DNA of 64,000 nucleotides from Thiotrichales bacterium (GTDB lineage: Bacteria; Pseudomonadota; Gammaproteobacteria; Francisellales; CACEW01), in the NCBI GenBank assembly GCA_947478175.1, contig CANJUQ010000008.1:4761-68760 (forward strand). Direction: 5' to 3'. The notes below the pieces were generated by a model. The model saw only the letters and a program-made list of their open reading frames with translations. It was not told the origin of the DNA and made no database searches. Below, piece by piece: positions 9,531 through 17,918 of this stretch. A program made the position numbers and the translations under genes. Position 1 is the first letter of the stretch. Each line of letters opens with the position of its first letter.

Positions 9531-11642
9531 ATGGAAAATCATCTAATTATTCAAGAAACCAAATCTAATCAAACCATCCCAATCATTCGGGTAGCCGTCC
9601 CGGGTCCCTTCTTAAATGGACTGGACTATGAAGTGGGTGAATTCCCTATTCCATTGCCTGGCACTCGAGTCCGAGTTCCCCTGCGAAACCGCAGTGTGAT
9701 TGGCGTTGTTCTGGGGACTATCTCGAAACAAACTCAAGACTTAAGCAAAAATTTAACCAAAAAATTTTCTTTAAAATCTATTCTTGAAATCATCGACGCT
9801 GAACCTATTTTCTCACCCAGCTGGCAAGATTTTTTACACTGGGCTTCTGACTACTATCACTATCCGATTGGCGACTGTTTATTCACGGCCATGCCTAAAA
9901 ATCTTTGTCAGGGAAAAAGTTTTTCTTTAAAAAAAACTCGCGCTTCAAAATTAAATTCCCCCCTCAATATTTCTTCTCAGCCTCCTCTCCGCCAAGAGAT
10001 ATTCATTCCAGCGCCGCCCCATGAATTAACTCATGAACAAAACACTGCTTTGATGGGTATTTCAGGCAAACTCAATCAATTCCAAGTTAGCCTAATTGAA
10101 GGCGTGACAGGCAGTGGAAAAACAGAAATTTACCTCCGACTGATTGAACAAATTTTAAAACAAAACAAACAAGCTTTAATTCTTGTCCCCGAAATTGGAT
10201 TAACCCCGCAGACAGTAGAAAGATTTACAAACCGTTTTTCAGCCCATCCTGACCTTCCAGGCATCATCATCGGTGTTTTACATTCCCAGCAAACCGAAAC
10301 TGAAAAATTAAATTTATGGGTCAAAGCGTCTTTGGGCGAGCCGTTAATTTTGATTGGTACCCGCTCGGCTTTATTTACGCCCTTTAAACAACTCGGCATG
10401 ATTATCATCGACGAAGAACACGACTTATCTTTTAAACAGCAAAGCCAATGGCGATATCACGCCAGAGATTTAGCGATCAAACGATCTCATCTAGAAAATA
10501 TCCCCTGTGTTCTGGGCACTGCGACGCCTTCTTTAGAAACTCGTTATCAAGCCCTACAAGGCAAATATCAGCACTATTTTTTATCCCAGCGCGCCGGCCA
10601 AAATAATCTTCCCAATTGTTTTCTAATTGATCTAAGAGCACAAAAAAATCGAGCGGGCCTAACGGACAATTTAATCAAAGCTATCCAAAAACATCTGGAT
10701 CAAAAACATCAGGTTTTAATTTTTATTAATCGCCGAGGTTATGCCCCAGCGCTCACCTGCCATGAATGCGGTCATATTGAACAATGCACTCGCTGCGATG
10801 CTGCGATGACCTTGCATCAAAAACCCATGCGGCTTTGCTGCCATCATTGCGGTCGAGTCACAGGTATTCCTAAGATTTGCCCCCAATGTGAACAGATAGA
10901 TTCTTTAGGTGATGTTGGAGTTGGCACTGAAAAAATTGAAACAGCTCTCATAAATTTATTCCCCAATAAAAAAATTATCCGTATCGATAAAAGCAATACC
11001 AGTCAGAAGGGCCAGCTAGATCAATTACTTTCCAGCGTCCATGAACAAGAAGCCGATATTTTGGTCGGCACCCAAATGATCGCCAAAGGGCATCACTTTG
11101 AGCATGTCTCCATGGTCGGGATTATTAATATCGATGATGGTTTGATGAGCGCAGACTTTCGGGGTATTGAACGCTGCGGCCAGTTAATTACTCAAGTCGC
11201 AGGCCGAGCAGGTCGAGCGGGGCTACAAGGCGAAGTGTTTATTCAAACTTATCAGCCCACGCATCCGTTATTAACGACTTTATTAAAACAAGGCTATGCC
11301 GCGTTTGCTGATCAGCTTTCTCAGGACAGACAAGCCGCCGCATGGCCACCCTACAGCTATCTGGCGTTATTACATGCTGAAGCTAAACAAGCCAAACCCT
11401 GTATTGAATTTTTAAATCATGTCAGTGAGCAGCTGTCTAATTTCCCAGAAATTATGGCCCTAGGACCCGTCCCTGCTTTGCTTCAGAAAAAATCAGGGTT
11501 CTATCGTTACCACTTACTATTGCAAACTCAATCTCGACAAATGCTTCATAACGCATTGGATCAAATTATTCCCAGGCTTTATGGGCTAAAACAGCACCAG
11601 GTGCGATTTTCACTGGATGTCGACCCATTGGAGTTGGGGTAA
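9531..11642 (+). CDS. priA: primosomal replication protein N' (PriA helicase)
   Basis: Has Walker A GVTGSGKTEIY, a DEEH box and the Cys-rich zinc region CHECGHIEQCTRCD...CHHCG...CPQC. Confidence 0.93.
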   Translation: MENHLIIQETKSNQTIPIIRVAVPGPFLNGLDYEVGEFPIPLPGTRVRVPLRNRSVIGVVLGTISKQTQDLSKNLTKKFSLKSILEIIDAEPIFSPSWQDFLHWASDYYHYPIGDCLFTAMPKNLCQGKSFSLKKTRASKLNSPLNISSQPPLRQEIFIPAPPHELTHEQNTALMGISGKLNQFQVSLIEGVTGSGKTEIYLRLIEQILKQNKQALILVPEIGLTPQTVERFTNRFSAHPDLPGIIIGVLHSQQTETEKLNLWVKASLGEPLILIGTRSALFTPFKQLGMIIIDEEHDLSFKQQSQWRYHARDLAIKRSHLENIPCVLGTATPSLETRYQALQGKYQHYFLSQRAGQNNLPNCFLIDLRAQKNRAGLTDNLIKAIQKHLDQKHQVLIFINRRGYAPALTCHECGHIEQCTRCDAAMTLHQKPMRLCCHHCGRVTGIPKICPQCEQIDSLGDVGVGTEKIETALINLFPNKKIIRIDKSNTSQKGQLDQLLSSVHEQEADILVGTQMIAKGHHFEHVSMVGIINIDDGLMSADFRGIERCGQLITQVAGRAGRAGLQGEVFIQTYQPTHPLLTTLLKQGYAAFADQLSQDRQAAAWPPYSYLALLHAEAKQAKPCIEFLNHVSEQLSNFPEIMALGPVPALLQKKSGFYRYHLLLQTQSRQMLHNALDQIIPRLYGLKQHQVRFSLDVDPLELG

Positions 11643-11670
11643 GGCCCTTTGTCTTTCATGACGATTCCTG

Positions 11671-11690
11671 GGGCGGCCCGTTGGCCGCCC
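11671..11690 (+). repeat. GC-rich hairpin related to family A (lacks the CTAC tail)
   Basis: GGGCGGCC-cgtt-GGCCGCCC followed by an A8 run. Lies in the convergent spacer between priA and vapC. Confidence 0.45.
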
Positions 11691-11712
11691 GAAAAAAAAC
11701 CAAAATAAAGAC

Positions 11713-12135
11713 CTAGAACACCCCCACCGTCTTCTGCGCTACTTGTTTTAATTTTTTATCATTCGTCGCTAATGGAATTTGGTGCCTCATCGCTAGCTCT
11801 AAATAAGCAGCGTCATAACTACTAATTTCATATTCCCGGGCTAGCTCATAAGTCTTTTCAGGAAAAAAATTAGTCAAAGAATCCAATTTCAAAGGCAACT
11901 TTCGCAGCGATTTAATAAATCTTTGACACTCATGGAAATCCATAATATTTCGACGCTCTAAAACTAATAAAACATTCGAAACTTCCAAGGGCCAAATATT
12001 GGGAACAAGCGCTGCTGTTTCTTGGAATTTTTTGAGAACCTGCTTCGCATATTTAGCCCCTGAGGGATTCGTCTCATCGTCATATGCCCAGAGCATGGCG
12101 ACCGAACAGTCCAGAACAAATTGTATTTCACTCAT
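11713..12135 (-). CDS. vapC: PIN-domain toxin VapC
   Basis: MSEIQFVLDCSVAMLW...ISSYDAAYLELA...LATNDKKL carries the PIN acidic residues. Start taken at ATG 12135, preceded by AGGAGAT. Confidence 0.85.
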   Translation of the reverse strand: MSEIQFVLDCSVAMLWAYDDETNPSGAKYAKQVLKKFQETAALVPNIWPLEVSNVLLVLERRNIMDFHECQRFIKSLRKLPLKLDSLTNFFPEKTYELAREYEISSYDAAYLELAMRHQIPLATNDKKLKQVAQKTVGVF

Positions 12136-12145
12136 GTCTGATCTC

Positions 12146-12376
12146 CTATTTCCTGCCCTCGTCAATGATTGCTTTGAGATCTATTTTTTTCGTCGTCTTT
12201 TTAACATTGGTTAATATAGTTTCAATCACTTGGCTCATCTCTTCGTCCTCTCCAATCGGCATTAACTTAGCGACAGGCTTGTCACGCAAAGTAATAACAA
12301 ATTCCTGCCCCTCGCATACCTGGTTTAAAATTTTTGAAAAATGCGTTTTAACTTCAAACGCTCCCACCTTATTCAT
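12146..12376 (-). CDS. Phd/YefM-type antitoxin
   Basis: MNKVGAFEVKTHFSKILNQVCEGQEFVITLRDKPVAKLMP is a typical prevent-host-death N-terminus. A GGAGG RBS lies before ATG 12376. Confidence 0.8.
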   Translation of the reverse strand: MNKVGAFEVKTHFSKILNQVCEGQEFVITLRDKPVAKLMPIGEDEEMSQVIETILTNVKKTTKKIDLKAIIDEGRK

Positions 12377-12556
12377 ATTTACCTCCTTCATACTTTAGGC
12401 TCGGCCAGGCTATCACAGACCAGTCTATCAATCTAGTCTGCTCATAAAATAATTTTAATGTACCCATAGCTAATCTTTAACTCTATTTGTTACATTGAGA
12501 CAATAAAAAAACTTATAAAAAAATTATAAAACCCCATCAAACCCTGGAGCTATCTT

Positions 12557-13165
12557 ATGAACGCTACTGAACTCAAACAATTGTTAACCCAGACAGCCGT
12601 AGGCATCGTCAAGCAATATTACATGACTGAAAAAAATTCTATGGATGCTGGGAAATACGGTGTTCTCTCTCGATATTTTCGAGGCATTGAGTCAAGCACA
12701 AGACGCCGATTTGGGTTTAGAAAAACGGACTATAACTGCTGGAATGTCACCTGGTCTGGAACCTCAAGAACCCAAGAAGAAAGCTCTTTAGCCAAAACCA
12801 TTCAAAACATTGAGCAGTTAATTTCCGAATGCCATCAGCAAGCTTCCGGACGTGAAAGTAAATTTGCCAAAACACTCAATAACGCCCTGCGACCCCTCAT
12901 AGGCTACCAAACAAAACAAACACTAGAAGTTTTAGAAGATCTAGAAACCAAAAAAACCCAAGCAGAAGCCCCTAGCGCTTTCTCACAAGCACAGCCCCTC
13001 AGCTATGCCCATCCAACCATGAAGTGCAGTTCTGTTGTTCCCAGAGAGCTTTCTCGAAAGACTTCTCATGTAATGTATGTCCCAGTCCCGATATCTAGCA
13101 CTTATCCAGATTCACAAGCCACCCAAGTACAAAGTAGTTCTTTCCATTTTATAGGCGACTGGTAA
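12557..13165 (+). CDS. hypothetical protein (202 aa, no recognisable domain)
   Basis: Long ORF with GGAG 8 nt upstream of the ATG. No motif recognised by eye. Confidence 0.5.
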   Translation: MNATELKQLLTQTAVGIVKQYYMTEKNSMDAGKYGVLSRYFRGIESSTRRRFGFRKTDYNCWNVTWSGTSRTQEESSLAKTIQNIEQLISECHQQASGRESKFAKTLNNALRPLIGYQTKQTLEVLEDLETKKTQAEAPSAFSQAQPLSYAHPTMKCSSVVPRELSRKTSHVMYVPVPISSTYPDSQATQVQSSSFHFIGDW

Positions 13166-13184
13166 AAATCAGGCTGGTAAAAAT

Positions 13185-13958
13185 TTAGACTTTTTCATAC
13201 TCAATCATGACCGGTGCATGGTCCGAAAATCTTTCAGTTTTATAGATACTCACTTGGCGGACTTTGTCTTTTAAATCTGGGGTAATAATTTGGTAATCAA
13301 TTCTCCAACCGACATTGTTTAACCAGGCCTGATAGCTTCTCGCCGTCCACCAGGTGTATTGATCTTTCTCTTGATTGGTCACTCTAAAAGCATCAACCCA
13401 GCCGTCTTGTGTGATTAATTTATCTAACCAAGCGCGCTCTTCTGGCAGGCACCCTGAATTTTTTTGGTTAGCTTTAAAATTTTTAATATCAATTTCTTTG
13501 TGAACAATATTCCAATCGCCACACAAAATATAAGACCGCCCTGAGTCTTTTTGATCTTTTAAAATTTGTCCATACAGATCTAGAAATTTAAACTTGGCAC
13601 CTTGTCTCTCTGGCCCACTGGACCCTGATGGCAAATACAAAGACCCAATAGATAAACTCCCAAAATCACACTGGATATATCGACCTTCTTTGTCAGATAA
13701 ATCAAAACCCAAACCCATTTTTATTTGATCAGGTTTTCTCTTGGTATAAATCGCAACCCCTGAATAGCCTTTTTTTTCAGCACTAAAAAAATATCGAAAA
13801 TAGCCTTTTGGATTAAAAAGTTCGTCACTTAATTGCGCTTCATGAGCCTTAGTCTCTTGTAAACATAAAACATCAGGATCTTCTTTTTGAATCCAATTAA
13901 ATAAGCCTTTCTTAGCCGCAGCTCGAATTCCATTCGCATTCAAAGAAATCACTTTCAT
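13185..13958 (-). CDS. xthA: exodeoxyribonuclease III
   Basis: MKVISLNANGIRAA...VLCLQETK...GDWNIVH...SDHAPV are ExoIII/AP-endonuclease motifs. Start at ATG 13958, with AGGA 8 nt upstream. Confidence 0.9.
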   Translation of the reverse strand: MKVISLNANGIRAAAKKGLFNWIQKEDPDVLCLQETKAHEAQLSDELFNPKGYFRYFFSAEKKGYSGVAIYTKRKPDQIKMGLGFDLSDKEGRYIQCDFGSLSIGSLYLPSGSSGPERQGAKFKFLDLYGQILKDQKDSGRSYILCGDWNIVHKEIDIKNFKANQKNSGCLPEERAWLDKLITQDGWVDAFRVTNQEKDQYTWWTARSYQAWLNNVGWRIDYQIITPDLKDKVRQVSIYKTERFSDHAPVMIEYEKV

Positions 13959-14099
13959 CCACATATTCCTAGTTTCATTTGCCAAAAACGCGCGAGAATA
14001 AAGTGAATTGCGGTCTATGGAAATCTTTTTACTCTTGCTATCCTTGCGCCGCTTTTTAATCCCCTCTCTTTTTATTTATTAACTATTTGGAGATTTTTC

Positions 14100-14564
14100 A
14101 TGAAAAAAATTCTTGCGACGGCTGTTCTCTTAGGTCTAAGCACAATGGCTTCTTTCAGCTTTGCAGATGATGCAACAGCTACAGCAACAACAGCGGCCCC
14201 AGCAGCGTCTAGCATGGCGACACAAGCCCCTGCACCTATCACTGCAGCACCTACAGAAGCAACCCCTTCAACAGCCACCAGCACAGAAGGCGCTTCAAAA
14301 GGTTCTGAGAAAACTTCTGGAAAAACTTCTGAGACCACTAAGCCCCATCATCATCACGCTAAAGCTTGCCCAGCGGGTGAGAAAAAACATGATGGCAAAT
14401 GTGAAAAAACAACCAAACATCATCACACCAAACCTGCAGAAACAACCAAACCGGCTTCTGATAAAAACTCTTCTGCAACCAGCGCGCCTACTACTGGAAC
14501 AGCTGCTAGTTCAACACCTGGATCAACAGGAATGGACTCTGGTTCTATGGCTACGTCTAACTAG
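14100..14564 (+). CDS. secreted low-complexity His/Thr/Ala-rich protein
   Basis: Has a signal peptide MKKILATAVLLGLSTMASFSFA and a GGAG RBS. It carries HHHH and HHH runs around a Cys pair (CPAGEKKHDGKC). Confidence 0.6.
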   Translation: MKKILATAVLLGLSTMASFSFADDATATATTAAPAASSMATQAPAPITAAPTEATPSTATSTEGASKGSEKTSGKTSETTKPHHHHAKACPAGEKKHDGKCEKTTKHHHTKPAETTKPASDKNSSATSAPTTGTAASSTPGSTGMDSGSMATSN

Positions 14565-14573
14565 TGAATGGGC

Positions 14574-15746
14574 CTACATAGCATCGACGGCATTACAAAG
14601 GAGGCTCACAGCCTCCTTTTTTGCAAGTGCCTTCGCCTTCTGACCCATGCTGTCTAATAGTTTTCTATCGTTAGATAAATCTTGAATCACTTGGGCTAAT
14701 TTCTCAGCGGTTAAATCTTTCTGAATTAAACAAATACCTGCACCTTGTTCTGATAACCATTCGGCATTCATACGCTGATGATCATCGACGACATTAGGAT
14801 GAGGAATAAAAATTGCTGGCAATCCAACCGCTGCGACTTCAGAGACGGTCAACGCTCCAGACCTGCAAATAATCAAATCTGCCCACTGATACTCCTGAAC
14901 AATTTCAGAAAAATAGGGGACCACTTGGATTTCATGTCCTGAATTATTTTTCATAAAATTTTTATAATTTTCTTGGGCTATTTCTAAAGTCTTAGGACCC
15001 GCTTGATGATGAATATTCATGGGATTTTTTATTTTCGAAAGGGCTTCGGGAATCAAAGTATTAAAAATCAAAGAGCCTTGACTGCCACCGGTGATTAAAA
15101 TTTTTAAAGGACCCTCACGCTTCCCCCCTCTCTGCCCCTCAACGCATACGCGTTTCGGGTCTGTCTCTCCCGCGAGGGGAGAGACGAAATCCATTCCATC
15201 TACAAATTTTGAACGAACAATTTCCAAAATATCCGCTCTAATCGGATTCCCAATCACTTCACTTTTAAAATGATTAATAGGAAACGCTGAAAATATTCTT
15301 GCCGCCATCTTGGCCAAATAAAAATTCGTCATGCCCAAGATCGCATTTTGCTCATGAATAAATAAAGGAACCCCCAATGATTTCGCCGCCAATCCCGCCG
15401 GCCCGCTGGCAAAGCCTCCAAAAGAAATAACTAGATCTGCTTTTTTATTTTTTAAAATTTTTCGAGCCTGTAATACGGCTCTCATTAATTTAAACGGTAA
15501 TTGGATCCAGCCCAGTAAGCTCTTGTTTCTGACCCCAGCAATTTTTAAAAAATCACTTTCTATTCCAATTCCAGCCTCAGGCACTAATTTTTTTTCTAAC
15601 CCCACTTCACTGCCAATCCAGCTAATTAAATAACCCCGCTGAATTAATTCTTTTGCGATGGCTAACCCTGGGTAAATATGTCCGCCCGTTCCTCCGGCCG
15701 TTATTACAATATTTTTAATATTTTTTAATTTTCTAATTTTGCTCAC
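14574..15746 (-). CDS. murG: UDP-N-acetylglucosamine--lipid I N-acetylglucosamine transferase
   Basis: Has GGTGGHIYPG and GGSQG motifs. At 390 aa it is longer than usual because of an in-frame repeat insertion. Confidence 0.93.
   Translation of the reverse strand: MSKIRKLKNIKNIVITAGGTGGHIYPGLAIAKELIQRGYLISWIGSEVGLEKKLVPEAGIGIESDFLKIAGVRNKSLLGWIQLPFKLMRAVLQARKILKNKKADLVISFGGFASGPAGLAAKSLGVPLFIHEQNAILGMTNFYLAKMAARIFSAFPINHFKSEVIGNPIRADILEIVRSKFVDGMDFVSPLAGETDPKRVCVEGQRGGKREGPLKILITGGSQGSLIFNTLIPEALSKIKNPMNIHHQAGPKTLEIAQENYKNFMKNNSGHEIQVVPYFSEIVQEYQWADLIICRSGALTVSEVAAVGLPAIFIPHPNVVDDHQRMNAEWLSEQGAGICLIQKDLTAEKLAQVIQDLSNDRKLLDSMGQKAKALAKKEAVSLLCNAVDAM
14600..14622 (+). terminator. rho-independent terminator for the 14100-14564 gene, embedded in the murG 3' coding end
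   Basis: GGAGGCT-cac-AGCCTCC followed by T6. Confidence 0.55.
15131..15197 (+). repeat. 67-bp GC-rich element (family B) inside murG
   Basis: TTCCCCCCTCTCTGCCCCTC...GTCTCTCCCGCGAGGGGAGAGACGA. It has the same length and the same termini as the copy at 38851-38917. Confidence 0.75.
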
Positions 15747-15747
15747 T

Positions 15748-16860
15748 CTAGATTCTCCAGCGATTCTGCAGATCTACTCTTAATAAAATCCCCAGAGCAA
15801 TCATGTCGATTAATAAACTAGACCCCCCATAGCTAATCAAAGGCAGTGTCAAACCCTTAGTTGGCAACAAACCTAGGTTTACCCCAAAGTTCACGACCAT
15901 CTGTAAACCCATCCAAAAAGTAATCCCGTAGGCTAAATAAGCGTCATATAATTTTTCAGCCAAATGCGCCGTTCTGGCAATCTGCAATCCTCGCCACATC
16001 AAAAGCGCATATAAACTCATGATCACCAGCGCACCGATCAATCCTAGCTCTTCACCCCCAATGGCTAAAATAAAATCCGTATGAGCCTCTGGGAGATAAA
16101 ACCATTTTTGAATACTCTCACCCAATCCCACCCCAAAGATTCCACCTCGTCCAAAAGCAATTAAAGACTGAGTCAGTTGATACCCCGTGTCGTATTGATT
16201 GACCCACGGGTGTAAAAATCCGGTGAGTCTAGCCAAGCGATACGGCGATAATAAAACCAATAAAGCCGATGCAATGGCCCCACAAGAAATCAATAAAACA
16301 AACCATCGAATCTGCATTCTGGCCATGAACATCATTCCGAAAGCTGTTAAGAAAACAACGACCGTTGCTCCAAAGTCTGGCTCTAGTAATAATAAAATTG
16401 CGAAAATCATCAGCAACCCCAAGGGCTTTAAAACACCTTCGATGGTTTCCTGAACAGATCTCGCGTGTTCGACCAAATAGCCAGACAAATACATCACGGC
16501 ACAAAGCTTCACTATCTCCGAAACTTGCAGCGCAATGGGCCCAAAATGAATCCATCGACGCGAACCATTGACTGTCGATCCAATGCCAGGCACTAAAACT
16601 AATATCAATAAAACCCCAGCGATGATTAACCACGCCCAGCGATACTCCGCATATTTTTGGGTTGGGATAAAAATAATCCCCCCCATCGCCATGCAGCCCA
16701 AAATTGCAAAACTCAGCTGCTTAATAAAATAAAAAAAACCCGCATGTCCCTGACTTAAAGCCAAGGGCATCGAAGCAGAAGCCACTAAAACAAGTCCAAT
16801 GGCTAATAGGGCAAAAATAGAAAATAACAATACGGCATCAAGAGATTGTTGGGATTTCAA
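15748..16860 (-). CDS. ftsW: peptidoglycan glycosyltransferase FtsW (SEDS family)
   Basis: 370 aa polytopic protein with SEDS motifs (RWI.FGP...QVSE, PEAHTDF, LPTKGLTLPLISYGGSS). Lies directly upstream of murG. Confidence 0.9.
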   Translation of the reverse strand: MKSQQSLDAVLLFSIFALLAIGLVLVASASMPLALSQGHAGFFYFIKQLSFAILGCMAMGGIIFIPTQKYAEYRWAWLIIAGVLLILVLVPGIGSTVNGSRRWIHFGPIALQVSEIVKLCAVMYLSGYLVEHARSVQETIEGVLKPLGLLMIFAILLLLEPDFGATVVVFLTAFGMMFMARMQIRWFVLLISCGAIASALLVLLSPYRLARLTGFLHPWVNQYDTGYQLTQSLIAFGRGGIFGVGLGESIQKWFYLPEAHTDFILAIGGEELGLIGALVIMSLYALLMWRGLQIARTAHLAEKLYDAYLAYGITFWMGLQMVVNFGVNLGLLPTKGLTLPLISYGGSSLLIDMIALGILLRVDLQNRWRI

Positions 16861-16896
16861 GGGGCAGATCTCCTTAATATAGGGCGCGACATTTTA

Positions 16897-16923
16897 GGGC
16901 AGCCCGCTGGCTGCCCCTACAGA
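16897..16923 (+). repeat. REP-like hairpin (family A) overlapping the hemF stop codon
   Basis: GGGCAGCC-cgct-GGCTGCCC-CTACAG. The hemF stop TAG is the complement of CTA at 16917-16919. Confidence 0.75.
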
Positions 16924-17840
16924 CGCCATTCTCTTGGCTTCAAAAATTTTTCGTATAACTCGGCTTCAGGACTGCCAATCTCTGGATGCCAGTTATATTT
17001 AAAACTCACCTCAGGCGGCAGGGACATCAAAATAGATTCTGTCCGTCCTCCCGATTGCAAGCCAAACAAAGTCCCCCGATCGTAAATCAAATTAAATTCG
17101 ACATAGCGACCTCGGCGATATCTCTGAAAATTAATTTCTCGATCGCCATAAGACCTATCTTTTCGACGAGCCACAATTTTTTCATAAGCCTGGATATATC
17201 CTGCCGTAATGCTCTGGAGCATTTCTAAACTTTTGTCTAATGGCAGCTGATTAAAATCATCAAAAAATAAACCGCCAATCCCACGGGGTTCTTTGCGATG
17301 TTTTAAATAAAAATACTCATCGCAGTCTTTTTTAAATTTTGGATATAACTCTTCTCCAAAAGATCTCACCGATTCATAAGCGATCTGGTGCCAGTCTCGA
17401 CAATCTTCTTCAAAGCCATAATACGGCGTTAAATCAAATCCACCGCCCACCCAGCCGACAGGTTTCTCGCCTGGTTTCTCTGCTTGGAAATATCGAATAT
17501 TAAAATGCGACGTTGGGACATACGGATTTTTAGGATGAATCACGACAGAAACTCCCATCGCCTGAAACGATCTTCCCACTAATTCAGGCCGATGTGCGGT
17601 TGCACTGGGTGGCAAAGCATTTCCAAAGACATGTGAAAAATTGACACCGGCTTGATCAAACACAGGGCCTTTTTTTAAAACACAAGTTCGACCACCACCG
17701 CCTTCAGATCGAGTCCATTCGTCTAGTTCAAATTTTTGTCCGTCTGCCTGATCTGCTTGATCTGCCTGACGCTCAACCATGGTGATAATATTTTTTTGGA
17801 CGGTTAATAAAATATTTTTAATAGCACTTAAATCTTGCAT
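16917..17840 (-). CDS. hemF: oxygen-dependent coproporphyrinogen-III oxidase
   Basis: [11 protein letters not shown]...GVNFSHV...[11 protein letters not shown]...[10 protein letters not shown] are HemF motifs. Start at ATG 17840, preceded by GGGAGA. Confidence 0.92.
   Translation of the reverse strand: MQDLSAIKNILLTVQKNIITMVERQADQADQADGQKFELDEWTRSEGGGGRTCVLKKGPVFDQAGVNFSHVFGNALPPSATAHRPELVGRSFQAMGVSVVIHPKNPYVPTSHFNIRYFQAEKPGEKPVGWVGGGFDLTPYYGFEEDCRDWHQIAYESVRSFGEELYPKFKKDCDEYFYLKHRKEPRGIGGLFFDDFNQLPLDKSLEMLQSITAGYIQAYEKIVARRKDRSYGDREINFQRYRRGRYVEFNLIYDRGTLFGLQSGGRTESILMSLPPEVSFKYNWHPEIGSPEAELYEKFLKPREWRL
17744..17770. repeat. 9-bp tandem repeat x3 in hemF (CTGCCTGAT CTGCTTGAT CTGCCTGAC)
   Basis: Read directly. 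Encodes QADQADQAD. Confidence 0.8.
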
Positions 17841-17864
17841 GCCTAATCTCCCTTTATCGATCAA

Positions 17865-17892
17865 GGGCGGACACGCGGGTCCGCCCCTACAA
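17865..17892 (+). repeat. REP-like hairpin (family A) in the ftsY-hemF spacer
   Basis: GGGCGGAC-acgcgg-GTCCGCCC-CTACAA. Confidence 0.8.
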
Positions 17893-17918
17893 CGTCATTC
17901 TTAGAAAATCCAATCCAA

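Noticed and set aside
11671-11699. GC hairpin plus A8 as a rho-independent terminator
   Set aside because: On the + strand the hairpin is followed by A residues, not T. On the - strand the T-run precedes the hairpin. It is better explained as a member or relative of the family A palindromes. Some terminator activity cannot be excluded.
14161-14643. 160-aa Gln/Leu-rich ORF (+) and 88-aa ORF at 14072-14338 (-), overlapping the His-rich protein gene
   Set aside because: These are alternative frames of low-complexity DNA. Only the 14100 frame has an RBS and a canonical signal peptide.
16229-16633. 134-aa ORF (-) and the 84/68-aa ORFs (+) inside ftsW
   Set aside because: They are shadow ORFs within a well-supported SEDS-family gene.
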